Positions 13,201 to 26,700 of a stretch of DNA of 64,000 nucleotides are shown here, in pieces. Origin of the DNA: Oopsacas minuta (lineage: Eukaryota; Animalia; Porifera); contig JAKMXF010000044.1 in the NCBI GenBank assembly GCA_024704765.1, positions 372,001 through 436,000 of the forward strand, read 5' to 3'. A program made the position numbers and the translations under genes. Each line of letters starts with the position of its first letter. Position 1 is the first letter of the stretch. The notes under the pieces were generated by a model that did no database searches, was not told the origin of the DNA, and worked only from the letters and a program-made list of their open reading frames with translations.

Positions 13201-15448
13201 TAGTTAGTCCTTTAGTTCCTGTAGATGCTAGACGAACAGGAACATATGTGATACGAATCGTTGTTGCGAACAAGTAGAGACATTTGCATAATATGAGTAG
13301 ATCAAAAATTGATTGACTTATCAAATTGTATCCGGACTCCTGGTACCAATAAAATAGAATCCAGACCCCTGGTACCAATATTAAATACAAATTGATAAAA
13401 TATCCAATTTAGATTTCTGGTGAAGGACGAATAAATTTAACAAATAATTACAAGTATTAGCAATACAGAGTTGAGTGTATTTTCATAAAATCGTTAGTAT
13501 ATTCTATATTTCCGAATTATTCGAGTATTAATTACATTATGCTAATTTACTAAATAAATGGAAAAAAGATAAATTAATATATTAGGGAGTTCGAAAAATG
13601 AAATTATGTTGATATATTTGTGAATCAAATGTGTAGAAACTTATCTTAGAGCTAATCAAGTGAAACATCAAAAATAAACGTAGAAGATATATTTTAGACA
13701 TATACGACCGGTTACGAGAATGAATATTCAAAGATACCCATATAACATCAATGAGGTTTTGGAGTGTATCAAATATAGCTATTATTTTACATGTAACAAC
13801 CTATACATTATCTCTGTAAGATTAGCTTCCCAATTATTACACTGACTGATAACACCGGTAATGTATCAGCCATCATATTCCACACATAATAAATCATAAT
13901 ATCGAATTGAAACTACTAAATGTAAGTTTTCTAAGGAGATATGGAGAGAGAGAGAGATAACAGTATTCATATAATCCCACAGAAATTTTGATAAGAAATT
14001 TAAAAGTGTAATCTCGAGATAATGAAAACATCCTGGCTCCAGGGATATTTTCGAGATTTGAATGGTCAGTAGACAGAAGCAAGAATCCAATATTATAATA
14101 GAACCAATTAGTCGAAAATTCGACTGATAAGATAAAAAATGAATTCTGAACAAAGTACGTATTTGATAGACCACGTTTTGGAAGACAATACCTTTTAATC
14201 TAGTGTTGGACATGATATGGAATAAATTTGAGATTTTCAAATATTTCAGGATCAAACCCATTGTTCAAAATGTTTTCCTATTAGGACGTATTCTTTTATA
14301 AATTGAGTGACTATGAAATTAACAATATTATAAAGTGTGCATTTTTTTGAAAACGATAAAACAAAATTTTTTGTATTTCATCCTAATTAAAGTTTCCCAT
14401 TATAATAAATTGAATAATAACTACTAACTATAAGGTATGTTAATCCATTTATTGATCTCTCAAGCTTGATAAAATCTACCATAGAAATGAATAAATTTAG
14501 ATAAAATTTTACAAAATGTGCACGAGGAAATACATGTATAGAACAAATTTAAAGACAGTCTGTATAGAGATTCAACTAGCCGTTTGAAAACAGGAAGAAT
14601 GTATTTATTTAATTATTTAAATAATATCTAGGTTAATTTATCTCAAATAGATTTGGGAAATAGGGGATAGCGGATTAAAAATAATATGCATATGTAATTC
14701 TCCTTTGTGAGTTTCTACGCTGAATAATTTGAAGATTAATTAAACGATAATACCGGCTGAATAAGAAATTGATATGAAATAATCTTGCTGAGATAAAAGA
14801 TCACCAGATATATAATTACAATACACTATACATATAAGCAATTTAATTTAGAATATATTCGCGATTATCTACACCAAGTTTATGAATATAATTCGTTTGT
14901 ATTAGTGATCGGGTCAGCAATTGTCCATTTTGTAATTAACAAGACTATGCGAAAGCTAGATTGACTTATTAATAATCACTTACTACATTTTTTCAAAATT
15001 CAAAACATATCGTTCGAAGGATAATCAAAATATTCGATTATGTGAGAGAGAAAATGGACTGATAAACGAAGCTATTTGAAATGCGATAAACCCACACAAA
15101 GATTAATCGGCACAAATATGTATAGGTACAAGTTAATACAACAAATCCATAAGCAGATGAAAAATGTAAATTATAAATTAAATATAATAAACTAACAATC
15201 AAATACTTACCACCCTGTGATAGATAGTGTTGCCATTGAGCATTGTGACGGTCGAGGCAGGTAGGATTTGGATTCGTCATTGATGGAGATTCGGACATGG
15301 AAGCTGGCGGTGTTTGTATGTAATTAACAATATTAACAGTTGGGAAGAAGGCTTGTGGACGTGATAATGAGTCGATAGGAACTGAGAGCGGTGGTTGTGA
15401 AGTTGGTGAAGTTTGAGTAATTGGATTAGCAGCACAGGGACTCTCCAT
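7225..15448 (-). CDS. GATA: GATA transcription factor with two zinc fingers, 5 coding exons, about 385 aa
   Basis: Exons complement(15211..15448, 11643..11882, 11307..11446, 10743..10868, 7225..7638). All introns are GT-AG with consistent phases (1,1,0,0). N-finger CTNC-x17-CNAC ([12 protein letters not shown]), C-finger CSNC-x16-CNAC (GLYYKLHS), basic tail [18 protein letters not shown]. The two 5' exons are low-complexity P/S-rich and rest on splice signals and phase only. Confidence 0.9.
9239..9394. mobile_element. TA-flanked MITE (TIR CAGTGGWGTTCGCCTATTARCAA) in GATA intron 4
   Basis: 23-bp inverted termini with 2 mismatches and TA on both sides. Confidence 0.8.
10500..10654. mobile_element. 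Degenerate TA-flanked MITE in GATA intron 4
   Basis: TA|CAGTGAAACCTCCAAATAAGGG ... CCGTTTAGAGAGTTTACCTG|TA; imperfect inverted termini. Confidence 0.5.
11101..11147. repeat. Tandem repeat (ATAATTATA)x5 in GATA intron 3
   Basis: Five perfect 9-bp units read directly. Confidence 0.9.
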
Positions 15449-17837
15449 AAATGAATATTCCGTTTGTATAGAATACTTGAGTTTTTATTATGTAGGAAAT
15501 TTACTTGATAATTTCAATGATTTGTAATTAAGGTACAAGTTTATGATAATAACACTTATCATTGAATAGCCACCTCATTTTATATAAGATCTTCAGTCCA
15601 GATTCTCATCTACTCAGACGATCTACTCAGTTATACTGTGAATTAGAATAATACATGCATACGTACGAGTGAAATTCATTATAGTGATATTATAGATATG
15701 TATAATACTCAACTATGGATACTTTTATCTCTGATAAGAGTACCCTTCTGATAATATATGAGAATAATTGAAAATATTTGTTGATAATATAACAACTGTA
15801 AAGTTGAAAAATAAATGTTCAAAAAGGAACTCAAATATATTTTACACTCAATTAAGTGTTAAAATTGTGTTGAGAGAAAGACGAGAAATGAAATAAATGT
15901 ATTTAAACAATATATCCATGGTATGTATGTGAGAGGAAGATGAAATGCTATTTTCTCTAATTTATTAACGAATTTATACTAAATAAAAAGTAAAGCCCAG
16001 TTACCACAAAAAATATTACGAAAGTTAAAAGGGAAACTAAAATCCAATTATTGATATTTTAGCTATCAAACAGGTGTAGTATACAATACGTCTCCTGTAT
16101 CAATTATTTCAATATCAAATTGCAAACAAATGCTTGCTTTCTGTTAAATGCAAGCAAGCATCTGTAAGACCATTTCTAATATATAAAAAAACAAGTAAGC
16201 TTATTTTCCATGCAATCAACATAATTTGGGAAGGGCAGGTATCCCACCTACTTAAACCCTGACTCAATTCAATGCAATAATTAAGTTTCAAAGAATTTCA
16301 AATCAATGAATAATCAATTATTATTAATTTGGCGATATACAAGTTTGTAGCATTTTAACTATTGGATAGCAAAACAATGACAATTGTATTATCCAAGATA
16401 AAAGAACTAATTTCACGAAAATGAATTATCACAATTCAGTCATCTTAAGAATAATTATATTATCTAACAATATAATCACTCAACGAATGAGAGATAATAT
16501 TCTGATAAAGATCAACTTATCAAATGAGTAGAGAAATAAAATTGAGATGAGATGAAAAATCAGTCAAATAAAATACATTTCTTGGAATTGCGACAATGAA
16601 TTGTAATCAACTCCTTTAAACATATTAACAACTAGAAACTAAATTCATAAATCTAGTAAAGAGCACGATAAGAATAAATGAGTATGCTACTCATGCTTGA
16701 TAAAGTGCTGCTATGGATATTCGTTGCGATTATAGAAATATCGTGTAATAGCAATTAGTAAGAAAAATTCTCATCAGGCTTTCGCTAACAATGCAAAATG
16801 AAAGATGTATTTCTAACAGAATTTTATTGGGTAATAAATATATTCAAAATGTTATATGTACACGTAGATAAACATGATTGCATTAACTTCATAACACCTC
16901 TAGCTTACGGAGTTTAAGAGGAGAGGATTTAATGAGAATTGAGCAAGTAATTCATTTCGTTAAAGCTGCGGATCCCAACCAGTGGTCCACGCTCCCCTGA
17001 CCTTGGTGGTCCACAGATCACAACAGGGGCGCCACAAAATCTATTGCAGTATACAGAATGTGGCAAAATTGGTATAGAGGGTCCAAGGAGTGAAAAGGTT
17101 AGAAACCGCAGCCTTTGAGAGATGCACAAAACTGTCATGATCATGAGTTTATTCTAGAACACATTTGCAAATCTATTTTCACAGAACATTAAAATATGTT
17201 ATCTTTCCTAGCCTAGATCTTAGCACAGTTGGGTTACGTATTATTTTATCAATTTACCGATAATTATTCTTAGCAAATTTTTTCGTTTATTCGATATGAT
17301 TAGAGATACATTCAGATAAAAGAAAACTAACCAACATAGCAGAGAACACTCACTCCATCGTATTTATTAAAAGTCACAACTCAATGATTATTAATATAAG
17401 ATAGATTGAATAAGAGCTACTGGTATGTGCGTGAAATGTTATTGCAAACACGAAGTGGCATCGCTGACACTTCGCATTATATGAAAGCGAAGCTTACTTG
17501 TTTCAATTATAATTATAATATAAATACCAATTCATTACAATTATCAATTTAAACAAAACATTAAGTTCGTTCCCACATTGATTGGATGATATTAAATTTC
17601 ATCCAATAGGATTAGCACTGCTAGTTTACTAAAATAAAATGCTCGAACTAAAGCTCAGTTATCAAAATAAATATAATTCATTTTCACCACTGAATCGTGA
17701 ATTACGATGGAGCAATTTCTATACAGCTACCTCGATGAAAGGTTTATGGATAGAAGTATTTGAGAAAATTCATTATAATAGAATAATTCTTGAATACGAG
17801 ATCGGTAATTGTGATTTTTCTTTGAAAACTTGAAAAT

Positions 17838-17990
17838 GCGAAATTCGGATTCAGCATACTTAGTTACCCCTGGGTAGCCGTTTAGAGCAAGGCTGTGTGT
17901 ATATTTGAGATTTGGATAATTTGTTTACTTTATATTCATAAAAACAACAATCAATTTACACATGATTAATCCAAAAGTGTGAAAATATAA
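17838..17990. repeat. Copy of interspersed repeat family R (ATGATTAATCCAAAAGTGTG core)
   Basis: Aligns by eye with the reverse complement of 41636-41755 and with 38970-39100. Confidence 0.65.
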
Positions 17991-20776
17991 TTAGGTAGAA
18001 TTAGCAGATCAAAGGAATTGAAAGTATGCAAATTAACGTTTCAAACTTCTGAAGGATTTGAATAATTTGCGGAGGCTTATTGCATTGCAGCCGGCAGCAA
18101 GACAGGTTCAAAAAATTACTGAAAGTATTTCCATTAGACCAGGTGTTTTTAAATTTGATTATCGATGTCCAAGTTGGATAGTTGTGGATTGAAGAATTCA
18201 TAAGTTACTTGTTTGTACCCACTGATTGCTATATGTTGTGCGGGTGAACATTTGGCTAAGAAAAACAAGCAAGAATTAACCACAATTGAATGGAATCATA
18301 CAGTTAGTCGAAATACTACATTTGCACTTAGGTGTGAAAAATAAAGACTGCTAATTAGAAGAGGATAGAATTAAAAGCGTGGACATGCTATGGCGTGGAT
18401 ATACGAAAAAATTGATTAACCATCTCTTATTCAGTTCTGTTGCGTCCAAGCGAGACAGCACCTGGTTACCTGTGAACATAATTGGAATGTAAACAGACAC
18501 TCTAATCAATTTAATAGAAAGTTGAGCTCAATAAAAATGTAAAAAATTGAATCCCACAGCAAAATATAAGACTCAAGAAGAATATACACTTGTACCTGTT
18601 TGTGAAAAATATCGTCAAACTGTCAAGTAATACATGTACATATGTTATACTGTATTTACAAGTACCGACAAAACTGCCGTCTTTTGTTTCACACTTCAAT
18701 ATAATATAATTATATGAAATTTAGCAATTCAGGCAAGAAATGGATATACTATGTGAAATTGTATTCGTTGCAGAAAAATACCTCAAATCGTTGTATATGA
18801 AGTATTTATAAGTATAATAACATTCAATAAGTAAATCTAACAATACCCTACTATAGTACATTCTGATTCAAGGATCAAGAGGACAAAGATTGAAAAAATG
18901 TACAATACATATCCTTTTGAAATACAGTCATGAGTCACAAAATATCTGTTATATATTGTTAGTTTACAATAAAAGTAGGGTACACACCAATTATAAGATC
19001 ATGCTCTTATCATATCATTATTTATACGTATACGCTGTAATCTAATTAATTAAAATATCTAGAGAACTCTCATGAAATTAGGTGGAGCGATCTTATTCAT
19101 ACTCTTGTCTAGCGCATATATTGCTCTGGTATAAAACTATCAATGTAATGCTGTAACAGTTGGTAAGTAACAATTGCTGACTCGTGTAACGTCTATAACT
19201 CCATAAAAATATTTAAGTAATTTAATCTCTAATTAAGGTAAGAGACACTCCCTTTATCAGAATTATTATCAAACCAATAGGAGGGCGGTGTTGATGAATA
19301 AATAATATAAAATATTATGTAACCCATATACGTTTGGTTATGGTTGCATTTTGGCCTTATAAATTAGCCCGAAAAACATCCTTCAGTGGACACACACATG
19401 GCACAAACACTTATTTCACTTTTAAAGAATTAATCCGATTAAATTAAATGAGTTTCCATCCCAATAGATAAAGTATTCAAAAGCGGATTGAGCTTAGACA
19501 TGAATTGAGGGTCATATTGCTTGTAACGTTATATAGGGATATTACTCACAAGTTGATTGTACAATTGTAAGATACATATAAACTCTACTTTAAAAATATG
19601 TACTGACAGCCCTGTAGTATTGTAGTAGAGGAGTTACAAATATAGTTTTGGGTTGGACGATGCAATTCAGGGTAACAAAATTCTTGGAACTATAAGTGTT
19701 TAACATCCCATCTTTATCTATGCGATGTCTTTGAGGTTATGAAGGATATCGTAACGTTATATTAGTTATATATAATCAGATCTATGTCCTCTCAGAATGA
19801 ATGAGCTGATGATTGATTATACGGTGGCTAATTAATAATTTTGCAATTTGTTATGGGAGAGAAAGGGGTGATTGTGTTCGTTTTAACCTACAGCAATCTT
19901 GTTAAAACTGAATGCATATTCCTCTCCTTAAAACAAATCAATCCAATCCAATAACTTCAATGTGATTTTGAAGAACACTTTTGTTCGAGATGTACATGAC
20001 TGCCATACTAGATTTAACACCCCTGTAAAACTGTATACTCCTAAACCTTAACAAACGGTGGAAGGCGGACTTTCAAATATTAGGGAGCACAGTACTGGAA
20101 CGAACTAAACTTTTCAATTGTATCCTCTGGGGTTTAAATAATAAGGAGTATATTCGGAGCAACCCCCTTTAGTGACGTAAAGCATGGGGTCAGGGGGATC
20201 GAATAAATTCCTATAATAATAATAATATACACAAAACTCTACTTTTAAAAACATAAATTGTAAACAAAGAGGAAATTTTCCAATATATAACCTAAAGAGT
20301 TCGTATATAATGTAAGCACTAATCATAAGAGTGTTGATATAAAGATATTAATTCTAGTCCCACTTGCTTGCGAAAATATCGTGTTTAAGAGAGAAATCAA
20401 TTATGGCGATTAGGGTAAGCAGTTTTGTGTGTATAATTATTAGCTATAGAGTCAGTGCTATTCTACAATTATTGGATATGACTGATAAATGGTTTACACC
20501 CTATAACATTTCTGATTAAAAGTTTGAAAATAATAGAAATAAAACAAATACTTGAGATAATTTTATCTCTAAGCGATTATTATTTAACCTTAGAATTGCT
20601 TTTTGTAATGTAAATAGCATGTGCATTTAGTGGAGGTGGAAAGTAGCATATATTTCCAAGGTATATTTAATGTGATTAGAACAAAATTACAATTACTAAC
20701 CTTTATTGAATTACAAACATCTTACATCAAAAGGCAAGCGACAAAATAATGCAAATTAAATGCTACTCACAGTTTC

Positions 20777-23700
20777 TTATTTTTGGTTATTCCATAAAAC
20801 AGCTGAGTTGAAAGATAGAAAGCGAGATGGTATTGAAGATTTAAATCGTATTGCGGTAGCTTCTAATTTGTAACCAGCTTGGTGGAGCTGTAAACAGATT
20901 AAGTCAATTCCTTTCTGATTATCAGAGGCCAGTTGCAATTTCTTGTTCACCAAGCATCCAAGTCCTGTGTCAGGAAATGTAGAGATTTGTTGGAAATGTG
21001 TTAGAAACTCATCCCATAAATTACTATGCATAACCACATGTGTAAACCCATTAAGAAGTATAAGTTCATAAAGTTCATTCTTATATATAAAATTATTCTC
21101 TTCTGTCAGTAGAGGGAGATGTGTCTCTATTGCAGCTAAAATCATATGTTTGTGTGGAGTGACGAGTAGATATAATAACGAATTTAACTTATTCGTCAGT
21201 ATTAGTGTGTTGTAAATCAATGTATCTTGAGCTTCACTGAATTCTAAGATCGCTCTTTGACAAATAAAACTCTTGAAATTGCATAGAGATTGAGACCAAG
21301 CACGCATTAAGGAACACCAAGATTCTACCAACGAGTGTTCAGTATCTGGTAAACATTTCAATATAGTGCAGAGAGTTGAGTAGTGATTGTCAGTTGTTGA
21401 AAGCTGTAAGAGATGAGTTATTAATTCAATCTGATTTGTTCGTAATTCTAATTCTGTATTTGTTACGTCATAATCCCACCATAGATCTATCTGGGATTTA
21501 ATCTTCAGTTTAATAATACACCAGTCAGTTCCTATTACATCAGCTGATGAGGAATATTGGAAAAGTTGAGATACAAAACTCTTTATGTCAGGAGAATAAT
21601 CTGGTGAATTTATAATATGAAGTAATAATTTAGAGAGCATATCGAGAGTAATGGTATCGCTAGGAAGTGATTCAAATAAAGTTTTGATAATTTTATAAGC
21701 TGGATAAGAAGTAATAGAGTTACTGGATTGTGTTTCTGTTGAACACTTTTCTTGTAACTCGGTGCTTAGAGATATTATGGTGTCATGGAATGTATTAGCT
21801 AAATCAAATACTTGAGGAGTGATAGATGTCGCAGCTGTCAATATTTGTTCAATAAAAGGCACAGGTGTTCCTGATCTTAGATAATTGGATAAGATACCTG
21901 ATACAGTCTCAGGATCTGATCTGGATATAAAGAATTCATTCCTAAGCTCAGTTAATTGGAATGACTGTATTGCGGGAGAGAGATACACATGCATGTGTTT
22001 GGAGTAGAGTGATACTTTAGGTAGAACTTCTCTCTTGATTGTATTATCAGATATCTGGTTAATAGCAGTGCAAATATATTGGAATTTGAGTTGTAATTGT
22101 GTGGGATTTAATGAGAGGCCTGTATTCGAGAATAATACTTCTTCAAATAATTTCAAAATATGATTTATAGGTAAATGATTCATAGCTGTAATTAGCGACA
22201 AATTATCAACTTCAATATCATCAAGTGATGGATTATAAGAATCCACAAATTGAGAACAGAGAGCAAAATATAAATCATTTTCAGTTATTGAACCGCCAGG
22301 GGGCAATGTAACAGACAGAGGACCTACTTTTGAGAGAATTGGAATATTTTTAAATGTCAAATGTTCCTTGAGGATGTCTATAGGGTTTGAACTATTTGAA
22401 TATTCTTTGAAATCTAACAAAGGAACTGTTTGGAATAAAACTGTCAGCAAACTAATTAACTCCACACAAGACATGAGGCAATTAGCGATAAAGTAAATAG
22501 GCCTCCCAATAACAGACTCACAACGACCTAATAACTCAATGCATGCCAATAACTGATCATAGTGTGTTCCGATTATACGTGGGTATATGTCCTTGTGCAA
22601 GGATTCAGCGAATATATTCGGATGATCGCTCAGACAATCTACTATCCCTTTCTCAATAAATAAATCTTGCATATGTTGTAGTCTCAAATCAGAATGAGTA
22701 AGTATTACAGTTAGAAATTCTACAAATAAAGTTTCTCTGTCAATGTTGTGATGTCCTGCAATAGCGAGAGCAAAATCAAGTGTATCACTGCTATGTGCTA
22801 ATTTTCTTATTACTACATTCTGATAATTAATATCAGCTAGATAGAAATCATAATCAAATTCTGAAAGCTTTCCTTGACTTAGAAAATCTGCTTCCCATAA
22901 TGCCTGTAATTGGTATATGCTATTTTTAAATTCCAACATCAAGCTATTGTTGCTATGTTGGGCGTGTTCGAAATTATGCACCATTATTCCTGGTGGAATT
23001 AACAATAGATCTCTTATTTCATTTTGTTCCATCTCTTGTGAACTGATAAGTAAAGCTAGATAGTAAATGTATAATTCTAAGGTAAGACGTTGTTGAGGCA
23101 ATTCCTGCAGTATATTGCAGGTGTTATCGTTATTACAGATAGTCAGCATGTAACCGATAGTTAGGGTAGAGTCAGAATAAATGTTTGCCCTCATGCAAGA
23201 TGTAAGGTAGGAATTGAGGCTCGTGAGATAACTAGAATCTTCAAACAACTCTTGTATGGTAGCATTTTCTTGAACCAGCGTGTAAAATCTAAATAATTCT
23301 GTTTGGGAAGCAATTAAATGAGTGAATAGAGAAAACTTAGTGTGGGAGTTATAGAAAGAATGTTTCTTGATTGAAAGTTGCATAGAACTGTTAGAATTAT
23401 CTATTTCATTATTGTTCTGTGTAAAGCCAGTTAAGTAAGACAATTTGTTTAGGCCAGTTGTTCTAAATGCTTTACCCATAATTCTGGAAACTTTATTGAT
23501 AACCTGTACTCCAGTGCTAGTAGATGTAGCTACCTCTAGCAATTGGTTTGTTAGACGTGTTGAGCTAGATAATACATTCTCGAGTCTATCTATAGGGCAA
23601 TGTTCCATTGCGTAGCCAAGTAAATTCTTTCTACTTGAGAGATTGCTGAAGCTATCTACAGCTCCTAGTTTATGACAAATAGCCCAGGCATTAGCATAGT

Positions 23701-26700
23701 TTGAACGTATTAGAACGTAGCAATAGTCTTCACAACTCCTCCAGTCTTCAAATGAATAAGCTTTTTCTGCTAGAAAAATTTGAATCTCAAAACAATCTAT
23801 ATTCCCATCTCCTCCAAGTGTAGTCTGTATTCTCAATAAAGTTAATAATTTTTCTAGTTTCTTTTTCGATCTGTAATTCTCATGTCTCGCATTAATTACA
23901 TCTCTAAGTAGCATAACATTGTTGACACAAGCTCTAAGCTGAGCAGGCAATATTTCGAATTTAAGATCATCGAATAATGATAGAATAGCGATTAGGTTGA
24001 GTTCTTCCTGTAATATTTCAATAGGAGGCTGCATAAGCTGTAAGCAGCTCCGTGCTAACTGCATGTGCTCATCCATAAAGTGGCTAGAAGCGTTGAAATA
24101 ATGCTGACTCGCATGTAACACTACATTAACAGATTCCTCGTAGGTTAAATAACAATTCCAGATATCATTTGAATAAGTTTCATTTGAGAGTCGGTTCACT
24201 CCACTAGGATCCAGTCTGATTAGCGAAGCAGCTAACCTGATCCCCTCCTGACATTGTGACGTCATGAGTGCCTGAGAAAAGAGAGCGTAACAAGTGTTTC
24301 TCTCAAGTTGTGGAAATACTGTCTCCTTTAAACTTAGGATATCTATCAACAGCTGCTCCCATAACTTCTGAGGAGGGAATACTCTCTGATTAGCGAGTTT
24401 ATGAGCTAACCGGAGGATGAGAAGACGTACTTCTTGTTCTTCCTCTTTCTGGTGATCTAGGATTTCATTAGGACACAGGAAAATAGAGTAATTCTGTAGA
24501 ATAGAGGCTGATTTAAGTATCATCTCCAGCTGTTTAAGTTGTGTAGAGATTTCTCCATTAGATCGGGGTATACACTCAAATATGCTGAAAGCGTTAGCTA
24601 ATTGGGCGGGGGATTGACACGAGTATATACAATCAATTGCAAGGGTAGTCATCGATACCGTGTCAAGAATGCAGAACTTATCAACAAAACATGTTTGGAA
24701 TAGAACTTGACAGAGGGGGAGATTATCTTGTGCAGTTTCCAACATAAATCCTCTCATTAGGCCTAACTTGTCTCCTTCCTTACATTTCTCAGTAAAGTCT
24801 AAAATTGGTTTTATATACTTCATGAATCTGTCAAAAAAGTTTGTAACCACAACTCCTTCCAAGATAACTCGAATTCTCTGCAAACTACTTAATTCTTCAA
24901 CCTCACTTAACCCGATTAGACTGGAGCTATTGCTACTGAGATCCTCAACTAAAGTCTTCAGGAACCAGAGATCGTGTTGAACCTGCAAGAGATTAGGTAC
25001 ATTTTTTGCTATTCCGTACTCGACTAACCAAGTAGCATTCTGGTATTGACCGGATATGTTATCAATTTGACGAGCTCTGTAAACAAACCAATCAGTTACA
25101 ACCTCAGTATCAGTAGGGAGGGAATTTCTAAAACGAACCAGTCCAGAATGAGAAGCATAAAATTCAGAATCACCAATATCATCATGGAAAGTATCGCTGT
25201 ATCCAGTAGCTTCTGATTGAGCTCTGAGTATTGGTATCAAAGTTTTGTAGTTAGAAGGATGTTCGATCTCAGGAATGAATATAAGAATAGCTAAGAAATG
25301 TGGGCTTAGTTGGGAATAAAATCTCTCATAGAGCACCTGTATAGCAATATAGTCTCTGTCTATTGCAAGTAGTGACAATAGTTGTAGCAGGGGAGTTAAG
25401 CACATCTTACGAAACATAACTGTTTCAAACTTAATATAAGATTTAGTGTGTAGAATGCTAGAATAACAATCCAGCATTGTCATCATCCTCAAAATAACTG
25501 TATTCTGATATTCATAACCATTCTGTATAGAGTCTGAATCTTCACGAACAGAACCCTATAATATCATAAAACTCTTTTAATTAGCATTTTAGATATCAAA
25601 TAAATCACCAGCATATACTTATCACTCAACCAAGACAGTCTGAAAACTGATAGTAAATTAAGTGATAGCAACTCCTAATAATTAGTGCTAATAGAGGATG
25701 AAATACTGCATTCATACAAAAGAGAGGGATAGTTTCTCAGTTTATTTAAATACACTATATTTCCACATTTGACCTCAGTAATATACGAATAATTCCCCAA
25801 TTATTCAGTATAATACATTATCAACAGATATCATTGTATGATCCAATAGTATGATTGAATTATTGCTCTCTATGTCATCTAGGTAATTAAAATGCAAATA
25901 TACTTTCTTGCTTATTATATTATAGAGGACGTGTTGTCTAAAATAGTTAAAATAACGAATAAGGTAACGCAAGGCATTTCAAACAGGCTGCATTCCGGTT
26001 ACGACATAATACGTTGTGTGGATTGTTAGAGCACAGCACCTGAGTATGCTGTAGGAGTATTCTTATGGTGATGGGAAATCTCACACTACTGTGAAATATT
26101 CAAATAGCCCACTTGATCTGACTAGATCATGAGAGTAATGTATATATTATTGTCATGAAAATGACCAAGTAATCCAGTTATTTCGTTGACATGCTAAACT
26201 TGCAAACAATATTTAAACATGGAATGTGGTCCCAATTCAAATAACAAGCTAACCATACTTTTAGGCAATAAGCCAACACAAATTCCTTCGAGATATTTCA
26301 TGAAGAAACAGATTTAGTATTTGATGTGGAAACTAAAGACGGAAAGTAGAATTTAAATTATCATGAGCTCTATAATCGCGTGGTTTGAATAATATATTTC
26401 TTTGCTAGAATATTAACAACTAATTCAAACACCTTAACAGTAATAATATTAACTCGAAAATGAAATGACAAATTTAAACAGAATCAATACTTTTGATTGA
26501 AAGATAATAAAATATATCCAAACATTAGACCAAACTATCTCAAAAGATATTCGTGAAACGGATTCAGTTATATTGTTTTATAGTATTCGTTTAAGTAGTA
26601 CTGAAGGACAAATTTGTACTCTTTATCAGAAGTTAAATGGAGTCGTGTTCGTATGACGAGAAAAACTTGTGAGAGGAAGAAGTGATAAGATAATTTAATC

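Noticed and set aside
17024-17036. CTCF-like CAGGGGCGCCA
   Set aside because: A single partial match, and CTCF is not expected if this is an early-branching animal.
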